A stretch of 64,000 nucleotides of DNA from assembly GCA_027494055.1 (NCBI GenBank), contig JAOSJO010000001.1, forward strand, positions 847,005 through 911,004, read 5' to 3'. The DNA is from Anaerolineae bacterium. GTDB lineage: Bacteria > Chloroflexota > Anaerolineae > Aggregatilineales > JAFGMM01. The translations under genes were made by a program, and so were the position numbers. How positions within the stretch are numbered: position 1 is the stretch's first letter; the number at the start of each line of letters is the position of its first letter. Below are positions 40,225-50,629 of the stretch, one piece after another. Under the pieces are notes generated by a model that worked only from the letters and a program-made list of their open reading frames with translations, was not told the origin of the DNA and made no database searches.

Positions 40225-41424
40225 ATGCGCAAGCTACTTAATCTGGGCATCGCATTGCTCATTATCGTTGCGGTTGCGCCCGCCGCCACAGCCCAGGAGG
40301 GCGTGGTGACCGTACCGCCCGGCGCGCCGATCATGATCGGTGTCGGCGCCGACCTGTCGAACGTGCTGGTCGAGCCGGGCCAGGACATCGTGCACGGCAC
40401 TGAGATCGCTGTGTACGTGAAGAATCTCCAGGGGGGCATCCTGGGCCATCAGGTCGCGATTGACGTCCAGGACACGCGCTGCGATGCGGCGGACTCGACG
40501 AATGTCGCCAACCTGCTCGCGTCGAACCCGCAGATCGTGGCCGTGATGGGCCACATGTGCTCCGGCGACGCGGCAGCCGCCATCCCGATCTACTACCAGG
40601 CGCGCATCCCCATGGTCTCGGCGAGCGCCACCAGCCCCGCCGTTGACCAGGCTGCGCCTGGCACGGACGTGTTCAACCGCACCGCGCTCCGCGACGTTGA
40701 GCAGGGCCGCGTTGATGCGGAGTTCCTCTTCAACGAGCTCGGTATCACCAGGCTCGCGTTGATGCACGACAACGACACCTACGGCCTGAACCTGGCCCAG
40801 ATCGTACAGACGAATTTCGAGGAGTTCGGCGGTGAGGTCGTCGCCTTTGAAGGCATCAACCGCGACGACACCGACTACCGCGCCACCCTGACCCTCGTCG
40901 CCGCCGCCGGTCCGGAAGCGATCTTCTTCGGTGGGTACGACGACCAGGCGATCCTGATCGTCAACCAGAAGAATGAGCTTGGCATGGAAGACGTGATCTT
41001 CATCAGCGACGACGGCGTGTACACCCAGGCTTTCATCGAGAGCGGTGGGGCAGAGGCTGAAGGCCAGTACGCCAGCTTCGCGGTGGACGACCCGACGACG
41101 GCGCTTGCCAACGGCCTGTTTGACAGCCTGTACAACGAGCTGTACGGCGTTCTGCCCGACGCCCTGGGGCCGTTCCATGCGCACGCCTATGACGCCATGA
41201 GCATCATCTTCAACGCGATTGAGCAGGTGGCTGTCGCCAACGACGATGGCAGCCTCACCATCGACCGCGATGCGCTCATCCAGGCCATCCGCGCCACCGA
41301 AGGCATCCCCGGCCTGACGGGTACGCTGAGCTGCGAGGTCGGGGGCGACATCGGCGAGTGCACGCCGAGCTTCATCGGCGTCTTCCAGGTGCAAAACGGC
41401 GCGTGGGTGCGCGTGTACCCATAG
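40225..41424 (+). CDS. branched-chain amino acid ABC transporter substrate-binding protein (LivJ/K-like)
   Basis: AAGGAGGAG RBS and signal peptide ..IIVAVAPAATAQ. A type-I periplasmic binding fold is suggested by ..IMIGVGADLS..VAVMGHMCSG..MVSASATSP... It is the first gene of a Liv-type operon. Confidence 0.85.
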   Translation: MRKLLNLGIALLIIVAVAPAATAQEGVVTVPPGAPIMIGVGADLSNVLVEPGQDIVHGTEIAVYVKNLQGGILGHQVAIDVQDTRCDAADSTNVANLLASNPQIVAVMGHMCSGDAAAAIPIYYQARIPMVSASATSPAVDQAAPGTDVFNRTALRDVEQGRVDAEFLFNELGITRLALMHDNDTYGLNLAQIVQTNFEEFGGEVVAFEGINRDDTDYRATLTLVAAAGPEAIFFGGYDDQAILIVNQKNELGMEDVIFISDDGVYTQAFIESGGAEAEGQYASFAVDDPTTALANGLFDSLYNELYGVLPDALGPFHAHAYDAMSIIFNAIEQVAVANDDGSLTIDRDALIQAIRATEGIPGLTGTLSCEVGGDIGECTPSFIGVFQVQNGAWVRVYP

Positions 41425-41468
41425 TACGGCGTTAGCGTGGCGGCTGCTGCGCTTTTCATCAATGCCAG

Positions 41469-41490
41469 GGGGCGGGCATCTGCCCGCCCC
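41469..41490 (+). terminator. GC-rich hairpin between binding-protein and permease genes (possible attenuating terminator)
   Basis: GGGGCGGGCA-TC-TGCCCGCCCC is a perfect 10-nt palindrome arm pair, followed by TGCAACTCGTTT. Confidence 0.45.
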
Positions 41491-41525
41491 TGCAACTCGT
41501 TTACGCCATCACGCGGAGCTTACTC

Positions 41526-42843
41526 ATGGCACGAGCAGTTGCCTCACTACGCGATTTCGCCCCCGCGACCGACCTGAACCGGCTGGGCGCCTGGATGATT
41601 CGGGCTGGCGTCATCGCGGCCAGCGTGCGCATCCTCTGGTCGATTGCGCTCACCTCCAAACTGCTCGGCGACCCGCCCGCTGAGTTTGTCTATACGATCG
41701 CCGACCTGACCACCCTCGTTATCCGCCTGTTGTTCGTTGCGGGCTTGCTCGGCGTCGTCGCCGTCTACCTGTGGCAGGCATCCGGCCGGCACGTCGAGGT
41801 GGAATTCAACCGGCTGATGCTCAGCATCTTTGCAGTATTTATCTTCTGGGCGCTCTCGGAGCGGATCGCGACGGTTGTCTTCGAGAAGGAATACCCCATC
41901 GCGATCTGGGGCATCCAGCTTGCCAACGGGCTGGTGCTCGGCGGCATGTACTCGCTGATCGCGCTCGGCTACACGCTGGTCTACGGCATCCTCTTTATGA
42001 TCAACTTCGCGCACGGCGAGGTCCTTATGCTTGGCGCGTATGCCGGCTACTTCGCGCTGCAAGTGTTCATCTCAAACGGCTTTCTCGAATATGACGCCCT
42101 GGGCACTGTCGTCGGCCTGCTTATTATCGCCGCCATCGGCATGATTACGTCCATGTCACTCGCCGTCGGTCTGGAGCGCGTCGCCTACCGCCCGCTCCGC
42201 AAGGCACCCCCGCCTGACCCCGCTCATCAGCGCCATCGGCGCGTCGCTCTTCCTGCAGCAGGTGGCGCTGCGTATGTTTGGCCCCTCGCCCAAGTCGTTC
42301 CAGACGCCTGAACTGATCGGCGGCACCTTCCTGATCGACCTGGGGGAGCTGGGCAAGATACCGATCAGCAAGACGGGCGTCGTGATTTTCCTCGTATCCC
42401 TGGGCATGATGGCCGGCCTGTTCTTCATCGTGCAGCGCACCCGGCTGGGCCGCGCCATGCGCGCCGTCGCGGAGGACAAGCCGACGGCGGCGCTCATGGG
42501 CGTGAACGTAGACCGGGTCATCGCCAGCACCTTCGCGCTCGGCGCGCTCCCGGCCGGCGCGGCCGGCGTGATGTGGGGCTTTCACAACAAGCTGATCTCG
42601 CCGTTCGTCGGCTTCATCCCCGGCCTCAAGGCGTTTACCGCCGCCGTGCTCGGCGGGATCGGCAACGTGGCCGGCGCGGTGTTCGGCGGCCTCTTCCTGG
42701 GCGTGGTCGAGTCGTTCGGGCCGTTCGCGCTTGGCTTCCCCGCCGAGTACAAGGACGTCATCGCCTTCAGCCTGCTCGTCCTGGTGCTCATCTTCCGGCC
42801 ACACGGCATCCTCGGCGAAGTCCTCACGGAGAAGAAGGTGTAG
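41526..42843 (+). CDS. livH: branched-chain amino acid ABC transporter permease LivH-like with about 125-aa N-terminal extension (frame break at C5 run 42207-42211)
   Basis: The core starts at ..GIQLANGLVLGGMYSLIALGYTLVYG... The join ..YRPLRKAPRLTPLISAIGASLFLQQ.. is restored by removing one C. Confidence 0.8.
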
Positions 42844-42846
42844 GCC

Positions 42847-44950
42847 ATGTCGCTGAACACGCTACGCTCCGGTGTTACCTTCGGCCTGATCGCCGGGGGC
42901 CTGATCCTCTTCCTGCTCGTGATCGGCGTGCCCGAATACCTCCCGGACCTGGCGCGCCCCATCCTGCTGCTGCTGCTGTTGGTCACCGGGGCTGCTCTGG
43001 CGCGCGGCCAGGAAGGCAAATCCAGCCTCGCCGTGGTGCTCGTGAACACGCTCATCGCCGGCCTTATCGCCGCCGTCATGATGCTGTTGTTCATGGGCGC
43101 GATCAACCACTTCCAGGCCCAGGGCGCGAACATCAAGCAGGTGTTCGACTCGGTGACGCTGCGGTCAACCAGCGTCCTCGCGGGCGTGCCTGTGGCCGAG
43201 CTGTTCCCCAACCCGCCGTCCGAACAGATCACGGAGGCGACGGTGCTGCGCACCGACCCCATGCCGGGCCTTGCCATGCTCGGCGCGTGGCTCGTGGCGG
43301 CGGCCCTGGTGGGTGCGGCGCTCTACGTGGGCGCAGCGCGCATCCGCCTCGTGGAACGGGTGCGCGCGTGGCGCACAGGCGTCACCACCGGCCGGGAGGA
43401 GCTTGTCCACTGGCTTGCCGTCGCGCTGCCCCTGATCGCCTTTGGCTTCATCCTCGTCACCGAGTGGGGCGTGATCGGGCTGGGCGCGTCCGAGCAGGTT
43501 TTGCAGCTTATCGCCTCATTCCTCATGGTCGGGGCGGCGCTCTTCGCGGTGCGCGCGCCGCAGGCCGGCGCGGGCGAGCGGCTCGGCTATGCGATGCGCG
43601 CGGCCATTTTGATCGTGCCGGTCGTGCTGTTTATCGCGCTGGCGTGGGCCAAATTGCAGACCGACACGGCGCGCGCGCTGGCGGTTGTCGTCGGCGTGCT
43701 GGCGGCGGTGTTTTTTCTCCAGATCGCGCGGAACCCCCGCGTGTTTGAGCGCGCCCTGACGCTGACCATCCTGGTTGGCGTCCTTGTCGTCTCGCCCCTC
43801 TACCTGGACCAGTACCAGAACCAGGTGTTGGGGCTGGTCGGCATCCATATCCTGCTGGGCCTCGGCCTGAACGTCGTCGTGGGGTACGCCGGCCTGCTGG
43901 ACCTGGGCTACGCGGCTTTCTTCGCCATCGGCGCGTATGCCTATGCCTTCCTCAGTGCGCCGCGTTTTACCGGCAACGTCGAGATGCGAGCCAGCCTCTC
44001 CGCCTCGACGGTCACGGCGCTGGTCGTGGTGCCGCTTGTGGTCATCGTCGGGGTGACGCTCTGGCGACGGCGGCAGCCGGCGCGCGCGCAGGGCGGCAGC
44101 CCGGCGCGCTACCCGCGCGCGCTCTCCGTCGCGATCCTGGTTGCGTCCGTCGTCATCACGCTCCTGGCGCTCCGCCTGCTTGACGGCACCGCGTTCATGG
44201 AGAGCTTCCAGGACTTTCCCGTCTTCGTGATCGGCCTGGTTGTCGCCATGATGGCGGCGGGCATCTCCGGGATGCTGCTGGGCTTCCCGGTGCTGCGCCT
44301 GCGCGGCGACTACCTCGCCATCGTCACGCTCGGCTTTGGCGAGATCGTCCGCCTGCTGCTGACCAACCTCCGCGACTTCACCGGCGGGCCGCAGGGCGTG
44401 CTCCTCATCGCGTCGCCCGCGCTCCTGAATGTTGAGTTTGCGAACCCGCAGGCGATGCTGTACCTGATCGTGTTGGGCTGCATGTTCGTGGCCTTCTTTT
44501 CGACGCGGATCAAAGACTTCGCGGCTGGGCCGCGCGTGGGGCGCGATGCGCGACGATGAAGACATCGCGCAGGCGACGGGCGTCAACATCGTCCAGACGA
44601 AGCTGCTTGCCTTCGTGGTCGGCGCGACCTTCGCCGGGATTGGCGGCGTGCTCTTCGCCGGGCGGCAGCACAACATCTTCCCCGCCGACTTCACGCTCTT
44701 CGTCTCGATTGACGTGCTCAGCCTCATCATCATCGGCGGGATGGGTAGCATCCCCGGCGTGATTATCGGCGCGCTGGTGCTCATCGGCCTGCCGGAGGTG
44801 CTGCGCGGCTTCGAGGCCTATCGCATCATGCTCTTTGGTGGGCTGCTGGTCGCGATGATGCTCATCAAGCCCGAAGGCCTCATGCCCGCGCGCGCCCGCC
44901 GCCTGCAGCGCGATGTCGGCCCGGCGGCGCAGGAGGGCGTCCAGCCATGA
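42847..44950 (+). CDS. livM: branched-chain amino acid ABC transporter permease LivM-like with about 300-aa multi-TM N-terminal extension (frame break near 44520)
   Basis: The core starts at ..LGLNVVVGYAGLLDLGYAAFFAIGAYAYAF... The C-terminal fragment 44546..44950 carries ..MRDDEDIAQATGVNIVQTKLLAFVVGATFAGIGG... Confidence 0.8.
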
Positions 44951-45792
44951 CACATCATCACACCTCGACCGAGGACAACGTCATCCTCCGCGCGGCCAAC
45001 GCCACCAAGCGGTTCGGCGGCCTGCTGGCCGTGCGCAGCATCGACCTGGAGATTCCGCGCCGGTCCATCGCCAGCCTGATCGGCCCCAATGGCGCGGGCA
45101 AGACGACGTTCTTCAACTGCGTGAGCGGCTTCTACATGCCCGACGAGGGCGACATCATGTTCGAGGGCGAGTCAATCGTCGGGCTGCGCCCCGACCAGGT
45201 CGCGGCGCTCGGCATCACGCGCACGTACCAGAACATCCGACTGTTCCGGGCCATGACGGCGCTGGAGAATATCCTGGTGGGGATGCACACCCGGCTCCAG
45301 TCCGGGCCGTTGGGGGCGGTTGTGCATCCGCCCTTCACGATCCAGGAGGAGCACAACGCCGTCGAGCGCGCGCGCGACCTGCTCGCCTTCGTCGGGCTGG
45401 AAGGCGCAGGCGATGTGATGGCGGCCAACCTGCCCTACGGGAGCCAGCGCCGCCTGGAGATCGCGCGGGCGCTGGCGAGCGACCCCAAGCTGCTCCTGCT
45501 CGACGAACCCACCGCCGGCATGAACCCCCAGGAGACCGAAACCCTGATGACGTTCATCCGCCGGCTGCGGGAAGAGCTTGACCTGACCATCTTCCTGATC
45601 GAGCACGACATGAGCGTGGTGATGACCATTTCGGACCAGGTGACCGTGCTTGACTACGGCGCGAAGATCGCCGAGGGCACCCCCTCGGAGGTGCAGAGCG
45701 ACCCGCGCGTGATCGAAGCCTACCTGGGCACCGCCGATCCGATGGCAGCCCTCAACCTGGGAGACAACAATGGCGCTGCTGGAAGTTCGTGA
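44947..45792 (+). CDS. livG: branched-chain amino acid ABC transporter ATP-binding protein LivG-like
   Basis: Walker A GPNGAGKTT, signature LPYGSQRRLEIARAL and Walker B LLLLDEPTAG. ATGA overlaps livM. Confidence 0.9.
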   Translation: MTHHHTSTEDNVILRAANATKRFGGLLAVRSIDLEIPRRSIASLIGPNGAGKTTFFNCVSGFYMPDEGDIMFEGESIVGLRPDQVAALGITRTYQNIRLFRAMTALENILVGMHTRLQSGPLGAVVHPPFTIQEEHNAVERARDLLAFVGLEGAGDVMAANLPYGSQRRLEIARALASDPKLLLLDEPTAGMNPQETETLMTFIRRLREELDLTIFLIEHDMSVVMTISDQVTVLDYGAKIAEGTPSEVQSDPRVIEAYLGTADPMAALNLGDNNGAAGSS

Positions 45793-46483
45793 CATCCACA
45801 CCTATTACGGCAAGATCCACGCGCTCAAGGGCATCTCCCTCGAAGTCGATGAGGGGGAGATCGTCACGCTGATCGGCGCCAACGGCGCGGGGAAGAGCAC
45901 CACGCTCAACACGATCTGCGGGATCACGCCCGCCTCCGCAGGGACGATCACCCTGGAGGGGAACAACATCACCCGGACGGCCCCGCACGAGATCGCCGCG
46001 ATGGGCCTCAACCAGGCCCCGGAGGGGCGCAAGATTTTCACCCGCCTCACCGTCAAAGAGAACCTCGACATGGGCGCTTACGCCCGCGCCGACCAGGATG
46101 GCATCGATGAGGACCGGGAGCGCGTCTTCAAGCTGTTCCCCCGTCTGGAAGAGCGGCAGAATCAGCTCGGCGGCACGCTCTCCGGCGGCGAGCAGCAGAT
46201 GCTCGCCATTGGCCGCGCGCTGATGGCCCGGCCCCGCATCCTGCTGCTCGACGAGCCGTCGATGGGGCTGGCGCCGCTCCTCGTGCAGGAGATATTCCGC
46301 ACGGTGCGCGAGCTAAATCAGCAGGGCACGACGATCCTGCTGGTGGAGCAGAACGCGCTGATGGCGCTGGCGGTGGCGCACCGTGGCTACGTGTTGCAGA
46401 CGGGCGTCATCGTGCTTGCCGATACTGCGAAGGCGCTCCAGCAGAACGCGATGGTCCGCAGGGCCTACCTGGGCGAGCACTGA
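45770..46483 (+). CDS. livF: branched-chain amino acid ABC transporter ATP-binding protein LivF-like
   Basis: Walker A GANGAGKST, signature LSGGEQQMLAIGRAL and Walker B ILLLDEPSMG. Confidence 0.9.
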   Translation: MALLEVRDIHTYYGKIHALKGISLEVDEGEIVTLIGANGAGKSTTLNTICGITPASAGTITLEGNNITRTAPHEIAAMGLNQAPEGRKIFTRLTVKENLDMGAYARADQDGIDEDRERVFKLFPRLEERQNQLGGTLSGGEQQMLAIGRALMARPRILLLDEPSMGLAPLLVQEIFRTVRELNQQGTTILLVEQNALMALAVAHRGYVLQTGVIVLADTAKALQQNAMVRRAYLGEH

Positions 46484-46566
46484 ACCCCGCCGCGCGCAGC
46501 TTCTTGTCGCTTCCCGGTGTTCTTCGTAGAATCGATTCGAACGTACAAGCGTGAGTGGAGTCGTAC

Positions 46567-47604
46567 ATGGTATCGCGTCGCCGTTTCATGAAATGGGCGG
46601 CTGTCTCCGCGCTGGGCGTGTGGCTTCCGGATTCGGTGCGCCGGCCCCAGGTCCAGGAGACGCCGCCGGCAGAAGCCACGCCCCTCCTCATGGGCCGCGC
46701 CGTGGACTACGCCGGGGTGTTCGAGCGCCCCTCGTATACATCGACGAAGGTCGCCCACCTGGGCGCGGATGACCTGGTGCCTATCTACGAGGTGCTGGAG
46801 GCGGAGGGCGGCTATAACAGGACCTGGTACCGGATCGACGCCGGGTACGTGTATTCGGCCAACGTCGTGCCCATGCAGCCCTACACCGAGCCGCCGCGCG
46901 TCGAAGACGTGGGCGCGTGGGGCGTGTGGGCGGAGGTCGTGGCTCCATGGAGCGATAGCTACGCCGAACCGCACGCCGACTCCAAGGCGATGTATCGCCT
47001 GTACTACAGTTCGGTCCACCACGTGGTGCAGGCGCAGGAGGCCGCTGACGGCGCGTGGTGGTATCAGATCAGCGACCCGCGCTACAACGAACTGTACTGG
47101 GCGCAGGCGGCGCACCTGCGGGTGATCGACCCGGAGGAACTCGCGCCGCTCAGCCCGGATGTCGAGGCCAAGCGCATCGAGATCAGCCTGGCGCCCAAAC
47201 ACCTCATCGCGTTTGAGGACGGTGAGGAGGTCTTCCGCACCCTGGTGACCGTCGGCGATACGTTCTTCTGGGAGGATGGCACCGTCGATTACTTCGAGAC
47301 GCCGGATGGCGCGTACCGCGTCATGCTCAAAGCGCCGGCGCGCCACATGGGGTCGCGCGGCACGCTCGGCAGTTTCGACTACCCCGGCGTGCCGTGGTGT
47401 ACGTTCTTCCACGAGGGCGGCCTCGCCATCCACGGGACCTACTGGCACAACGACTTCGGCACGCAGCGGAGCCACGGCTGCGTCAACCTGCGGCCCGAGG
47501 CCGCGCTCTGGGTCTACCGCTGGACGTACCCGCACGCACCCTACGAAGCCGAGGCGTTGCCCACCGGCCACATCGTGGAGTCCACGCCGATCTATATCTA
47601 CTGA
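46567..47604 (+). CDS. L,D-transpeptidase (YkuD domain) with Tat-type signal
   Basis: MVSRRRFMKWAAVSALG.. is a twin-arginine signal. The catalytic region is ..FHEGGLAIHGTYWHNDFGTQRSHGCVNL... Confidence 0.85.
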   Translation: MVSRRRFMKWAAVSALGVWLPDSVRRPQVQETPPAEATPLLMGRAVDYAGVFERPSYTSTKVAHLGADDLVPIYEVLEAEGGYNRTWYRIDAGYVYSANVVPMQPYTEPPRVEDVGAWGVWAEVVAPWSDSYAEPHADSKAMYRLYYSSVHHVVQAQEAADGAWWYQISDPRYNELYWAQAAHLRVIDPEELAPLSPDVEAKRIEISLAPKHLIAFEDGEEVFRTLVTVGDTFFWEDGTVDYFETPDGAYRVMLKAPARHMGSRGTLGSFDYPGVPWCTFFHEGGLAIHGTYWHNDFGTQRSHGCVNLRPEAALWVYRWTYPHAPYEAEALPTGHIVESTPIYIY

Positions 47605-47786
47605 GCGGTCATACGGGCCGGGTTGAGACGCCTCAGTGGCGCTGGCGCGGCGGCTGCGGGTTGGGCGTCACCGTGGGCTGTGGCGGCGGCGGGGCGGCTG
47701 GCTCCTGCTCCGGGGAACGGCGCTGTTCGCCAGCAGCGTCCGTCTTCTCCCCGCTGGCGCGCTCGCCAGAGGCCGGTTCGGCCCTC

Positions 47787-49031
47787 TCAGGCCGCGCCGG
47801 CTCTAGAGCCGGCTCTTTCGAGGGCCGGTCTCCTGCCGGCGCGAGGGGGCGGCGCGGCTTCGCGAGGGGCGGGCGCGGACGGGCGCGGCGTGGGCGCAAC
47901 CTCAGCGGCAGCCGGTCGGGCGGCCTCCGGTATGACCACCGGCAGCTCCGGCGCTGCGGCCGGCGGCGCTTCTGCGCCCCGGTCGCCGAGGACGCCCTTG
48001 ATGTAGATCTCCTGCACCAGCACCTGCACAATGGCGATCAACGGCACCGAGAGCAGCAGCCCCAGGAAGCCGAAGAAGACGACAAACACAATCTGCGAGA
48101 TCAGCACCAGCACTGGCGGCAGGTTGATCTCGTGCGAGACCAGCAGCGGGCCGACGAACTGGCTCTCCACAAGCTGGATGCCGTAGTACAACACGATCAC
48201 CCACAGGACACGGTCGGGCGCGTTGATGATCGTCACCGCCAGCACCGGCATCAGCGCCGCGAGCGGGCCGAAGTTCGGCACGAACGAGAACAGGCCGGTA
48301 ATCACGCCCAGCGCCGGCGCGAACGGCACGCCGAGCAGGTACAGCCCCAGCCCGGTGCCCAGCCCGACCAACACCATCGAGGTGGCTTTCGCCTGCAGGT
48401 AGCCGCGCATGGTCCGATCCAGCTTGGCGATGATCTCCCAGGCGCGAGGCCGGTACCGGATCGGCAGCAGCGAGATCAGGCCGCGCTCGTGCATCCCCGG
48501 ATTGAACAGGAAGTACATACTCATGAAGCCGACGATGAGGATGCTCAACACCACGGAGGTCACGCTGCCAAAGATCGGGAAAAGCTGCGGGAAGATCGAC
48601 GACGTGATCGCCCCCAGGTTGGCGGCAAGTTGCTCGATAATGGTCTGCGAGTCTTCGGGCAGGATGTCCCACCCCGGCGGCAGGTCCAGGTCGGCGAGGC
48701 GCTGCTCCAGCGCGACGAGGGCCTGAGGGATCAGGTCGATAAGCTGGCCGAACTGGGTGATGATCTGCGGCAGCGCCAGCGCCATCAACAGGACGAAAAG
48801 CCCCGCCATGCCCAGGAGCGAGATCACCACCGCGAGCGAGCGCGGCACGCGCCGCCGCACCAGCCAGCGCACTGGCGACGTGAGCATGACGGTCAGCAGC
48901 ACCGCCGTGAACGCCAGCAGGATGACATCGCGCACCTGCCAGACCGCGATGCCCACAATGAGCAGGGCCACGGTAAGGAGCGCCCAGCGGAGGGTCTGCC
49001 CGAAGGGGCTGTTATCGGATTGGGCCATCAC
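47787..49031 (-). CDS. AI-2E family transporter (PerM/UPF0118)
   Basis: 414-aa polytopic ORF: ..RGYLQAKATSMVLVG..GVITGLFSFVPNFGPL..YYGIQLVESQFVGPLLV... It has a Pro/Ala-rich C-terminal tail whose true end is uncertain. Confidence 0.8.
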   Translation of the reverse strand: MMAQSDNSPFGQTLRWALLTVALLIVGIAVWQVRDVILLAFTAVLLTVMLTSPVRWLVRRRVPRSLAVVISLLGMAGLFVLLMALALPQIITQFGQLIDLIPQALVALEQRLADLDLPPGWDILPEDSQTIIEQLAANLGAITSSIFPQLFPIFGSVTSVVLSILIVGFMSMYFLFNPGMHERGLISLLPIRYRPRAWEIIAKLDRTMRGYLQAKATSMVLVGLGTGLGLYLLGVPFAPALGVITGLFSFVPNFGPLAALMPVLAVTIINAPDRVLWVIVLYYGIQLVESQFVGPLLVSHEINLPPVLVLISQIVFVVFFGFLGLLLSVPLIAIVQVLVQEIYIKGVLGDRGAEAPPAAAPELPVVIPEAARPAAAEVAPTPRPSAPAPREAAPPPRAGRRPALERAGSRAGAA

Positions 49032-49050
49032 TCGCCACGCTGCGTATCCC

Positions 49051-50079
49051 TTACTGCGGTTGCAGCCACAGTTCCCGGTACAGTGCCCATTCTACCGCAT
49101 CTGTGTCCCAAAATGCGTACAGGCCGATGCCGCCAACCACGCTGCTCGCTGGCCCCGCGCGCTGCAGGCCATCGCGCACCCCGTCGAGTGCGGCGCGCAG
49201 GCTCTCGGCCAGCTCGTCGTGCCCTGGGTCCTCGGCGTAAGTCGGCACGCCGACAATCAATTCCACGCTGTTGTCCAGCCCGGCCAGCGCCGTGCTGTAC
49301 TGCTCCACCTGGTAGGCCACCCACGTCTCATAGTCGGCGGCGGTATCCAGGCCGCTGTTGTAGGCCATCAGCGCGACCTGGTCCACAAGCGCGCCCACGC
49401 GCTGCTTGTACTCGGTGCTCCAGACCGCGCCCACGTCGGCGGCCTCGCCGGCCGGCACTTCAGGCAGGCCGGGGTTCCAATCGGGCGGTACTGCTATAGA
49501 TAGCAACACATCCGGTCCGATTTCGTCACGCACCTGTTCCAGAAGCAGGGGCAGGTCGTCGTTGCCGTCCAGCACGCTCTCCACGTTGACGTGCACGCCG
49601 TCGAAGTCGAACTGCTCGACGGTGCGCGCCGCGAACTGCGCCACCCGCCGCCGCACCGCCGCGCTGTCCAGGCGGTAGGTGCCGTCCTCGGTGCGCGCCG
49701 GCACGCCCAGCCAGGCCAGCGCCTGGACGTCTGGGGCGGCGGCTTTCAGCTTGCGCACGAAGGTGCGCGCGTGATCGTAGGTTGGGTTCCACTCGGTACG
49801 GTCCACGCGCAGGTAGCTGACGTAGACGTAAGCGTAGCGCACGTGGTTCGCGCTGAGGTGCTCGCCCAGCAGGCGGATTTCCTCGTCAGCGTGCGGGTCG
49901 TTGACCCAGGTCACGCCGAGCCACACCGCGTTCCGGACAAAGGCCGGCTCTGGCGCGCGCAGCGCCACCCAGTAGACGCCCGCGCCAACCGCCACCGTGA
50001 GCAGCACGCCGGCCAGCATCGGCAGCAGCGGCGAACCGCCGCCGCGCCGTCGCGCAGGGTCGCCATACAGACCATTCAT
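49051..50079 (-). CDS. membrane-anchored GH18-like TIM-barrel protein (tentative)
   Basis: N-terminal TM helix. FDFDGVHVNVE resembles the GH18 DGxDxDxE motif with the two inner Asp replaced (H, N) and the Glu kept. Confidence 0.35.
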   Translation of the reverse strand: MNGLYGDPARRRGGGSPLLPMLAGVLLTVAVGAGVYWVALRAPEPAFVRNAVWLGVTWVNDPHADEEIRLLGEHLSANHVRYAYVYVSYLRVDRTEWNPTYDHARTFVRKLKAAAPDVQALAWLGVPARTEDGTYRLDSAAVRRRVAQFAARTVEQFDFDGVHVNVESVLDGNDDLPLLLEQVRDEIGPDVLLSIAVPPDWNPGLPEVPAGEAADVGAVWSTEYKQRVGALVDQVALMAYNSGLDTAADYETWVAYQVEQYSTALAGLDNSVELIVGVPTYAEDPGHDELAESLRAALDGVRDGLQRAGPASSVVGGIGLYAFWDTDAVEWALYRELWLQPQ

Positions 50080-50135
50080 CGCCGGCTAAGGCGCACTCCC
50101 TGGCGCCAATCCCGCTGTTGCTCCATGCTGTATCC

Positions 50136-50141
50136 ATTATA
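50136..50141 (-). promoter_or_regulatory. consensus TATAAT -10 box candidate
   Basis: The minus strand reads GACGCTATAATGG, 57 nt upstream of start 50079. The same ACGCTATAATG core recurs at 61084-61089. No good -35 box. Confidence 0.25.
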
Positions 50142-50179
50142 GCGTCACCGTGGATTGTTGAGCTACCCCGGCCCCGCCC

Positions 50180-50629
50180 TCACCGCCAGCCCAGACGGGC
50201 GAGCAGGGGCGGCCCCATCACCAGCAGCCCCACGATCACGGCGATCACCGCCGCAAGCAGCGAGGCCCCGGCGGCCACATCCTTGCTGACGCGCGCCAGC
50301 GGGTGGATTTCGGAGCTTGCCAGGTTCACCGCCGCCTCCAGCGCGGCGTTGATGAACTCCATGAGGAAGTTGACGCCGATGACGAGGACGAGCAGCGCCC
50401 ATTCCAGCGCGCCGAGGCCCAGCCACAGCCCCATGACGACCACCGTCGCCGCCGCCGCCAGTTGGATGCGCAGGTTCTTCTGGTGGCGCAGCATATAGGC
50501 ACAGCCCGCCGCCGCATAGGTGAAGCTCGCCCAACGGCTTCGGCTCACGATAGGGCTGTAGTCCTCCGGGTTGATGCGGCGCGTCTCGCGGATGCGCTCC
50601 AGGCCGGAGGCGTCGTGCGTCTGTTTCAT
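50180..50629 (-). CDS. dgkA: diacylglycerol / undecaprenol kinase family protein
   Basis: ATG 50629 after a GAGGAAC RBS, overlapping the ybeY stop. DgkA-like sequence ..WASFTYAAAGCAYMLRHQKNLRIQL..EFINAALEAAVN..HPLARVSKDVAAGA... Confidence 0.8.
   Translation of the reverse strand: MKQTHDASGLERIRETRRINPEDYSPIVSRSRWASFTYAAAGCAYMLRHQKNLRIQLAAAATVVVMGLWLGLGALEWALLVLVIGVNFLMEFINAALEAAVNLASSEIHPLARVSKDVAAGASLLAAVIAVIVGLLVMGPPLLARLGWR

Noticed and set aside
47394-49499. 701-aa plus-strand ORF
   Set aside because: It is antisense to the AI-2E transporter and the GH18-like gene. It is Arg/His/Gln-rich with no domain signature, so I treat it as a shadow ORF.
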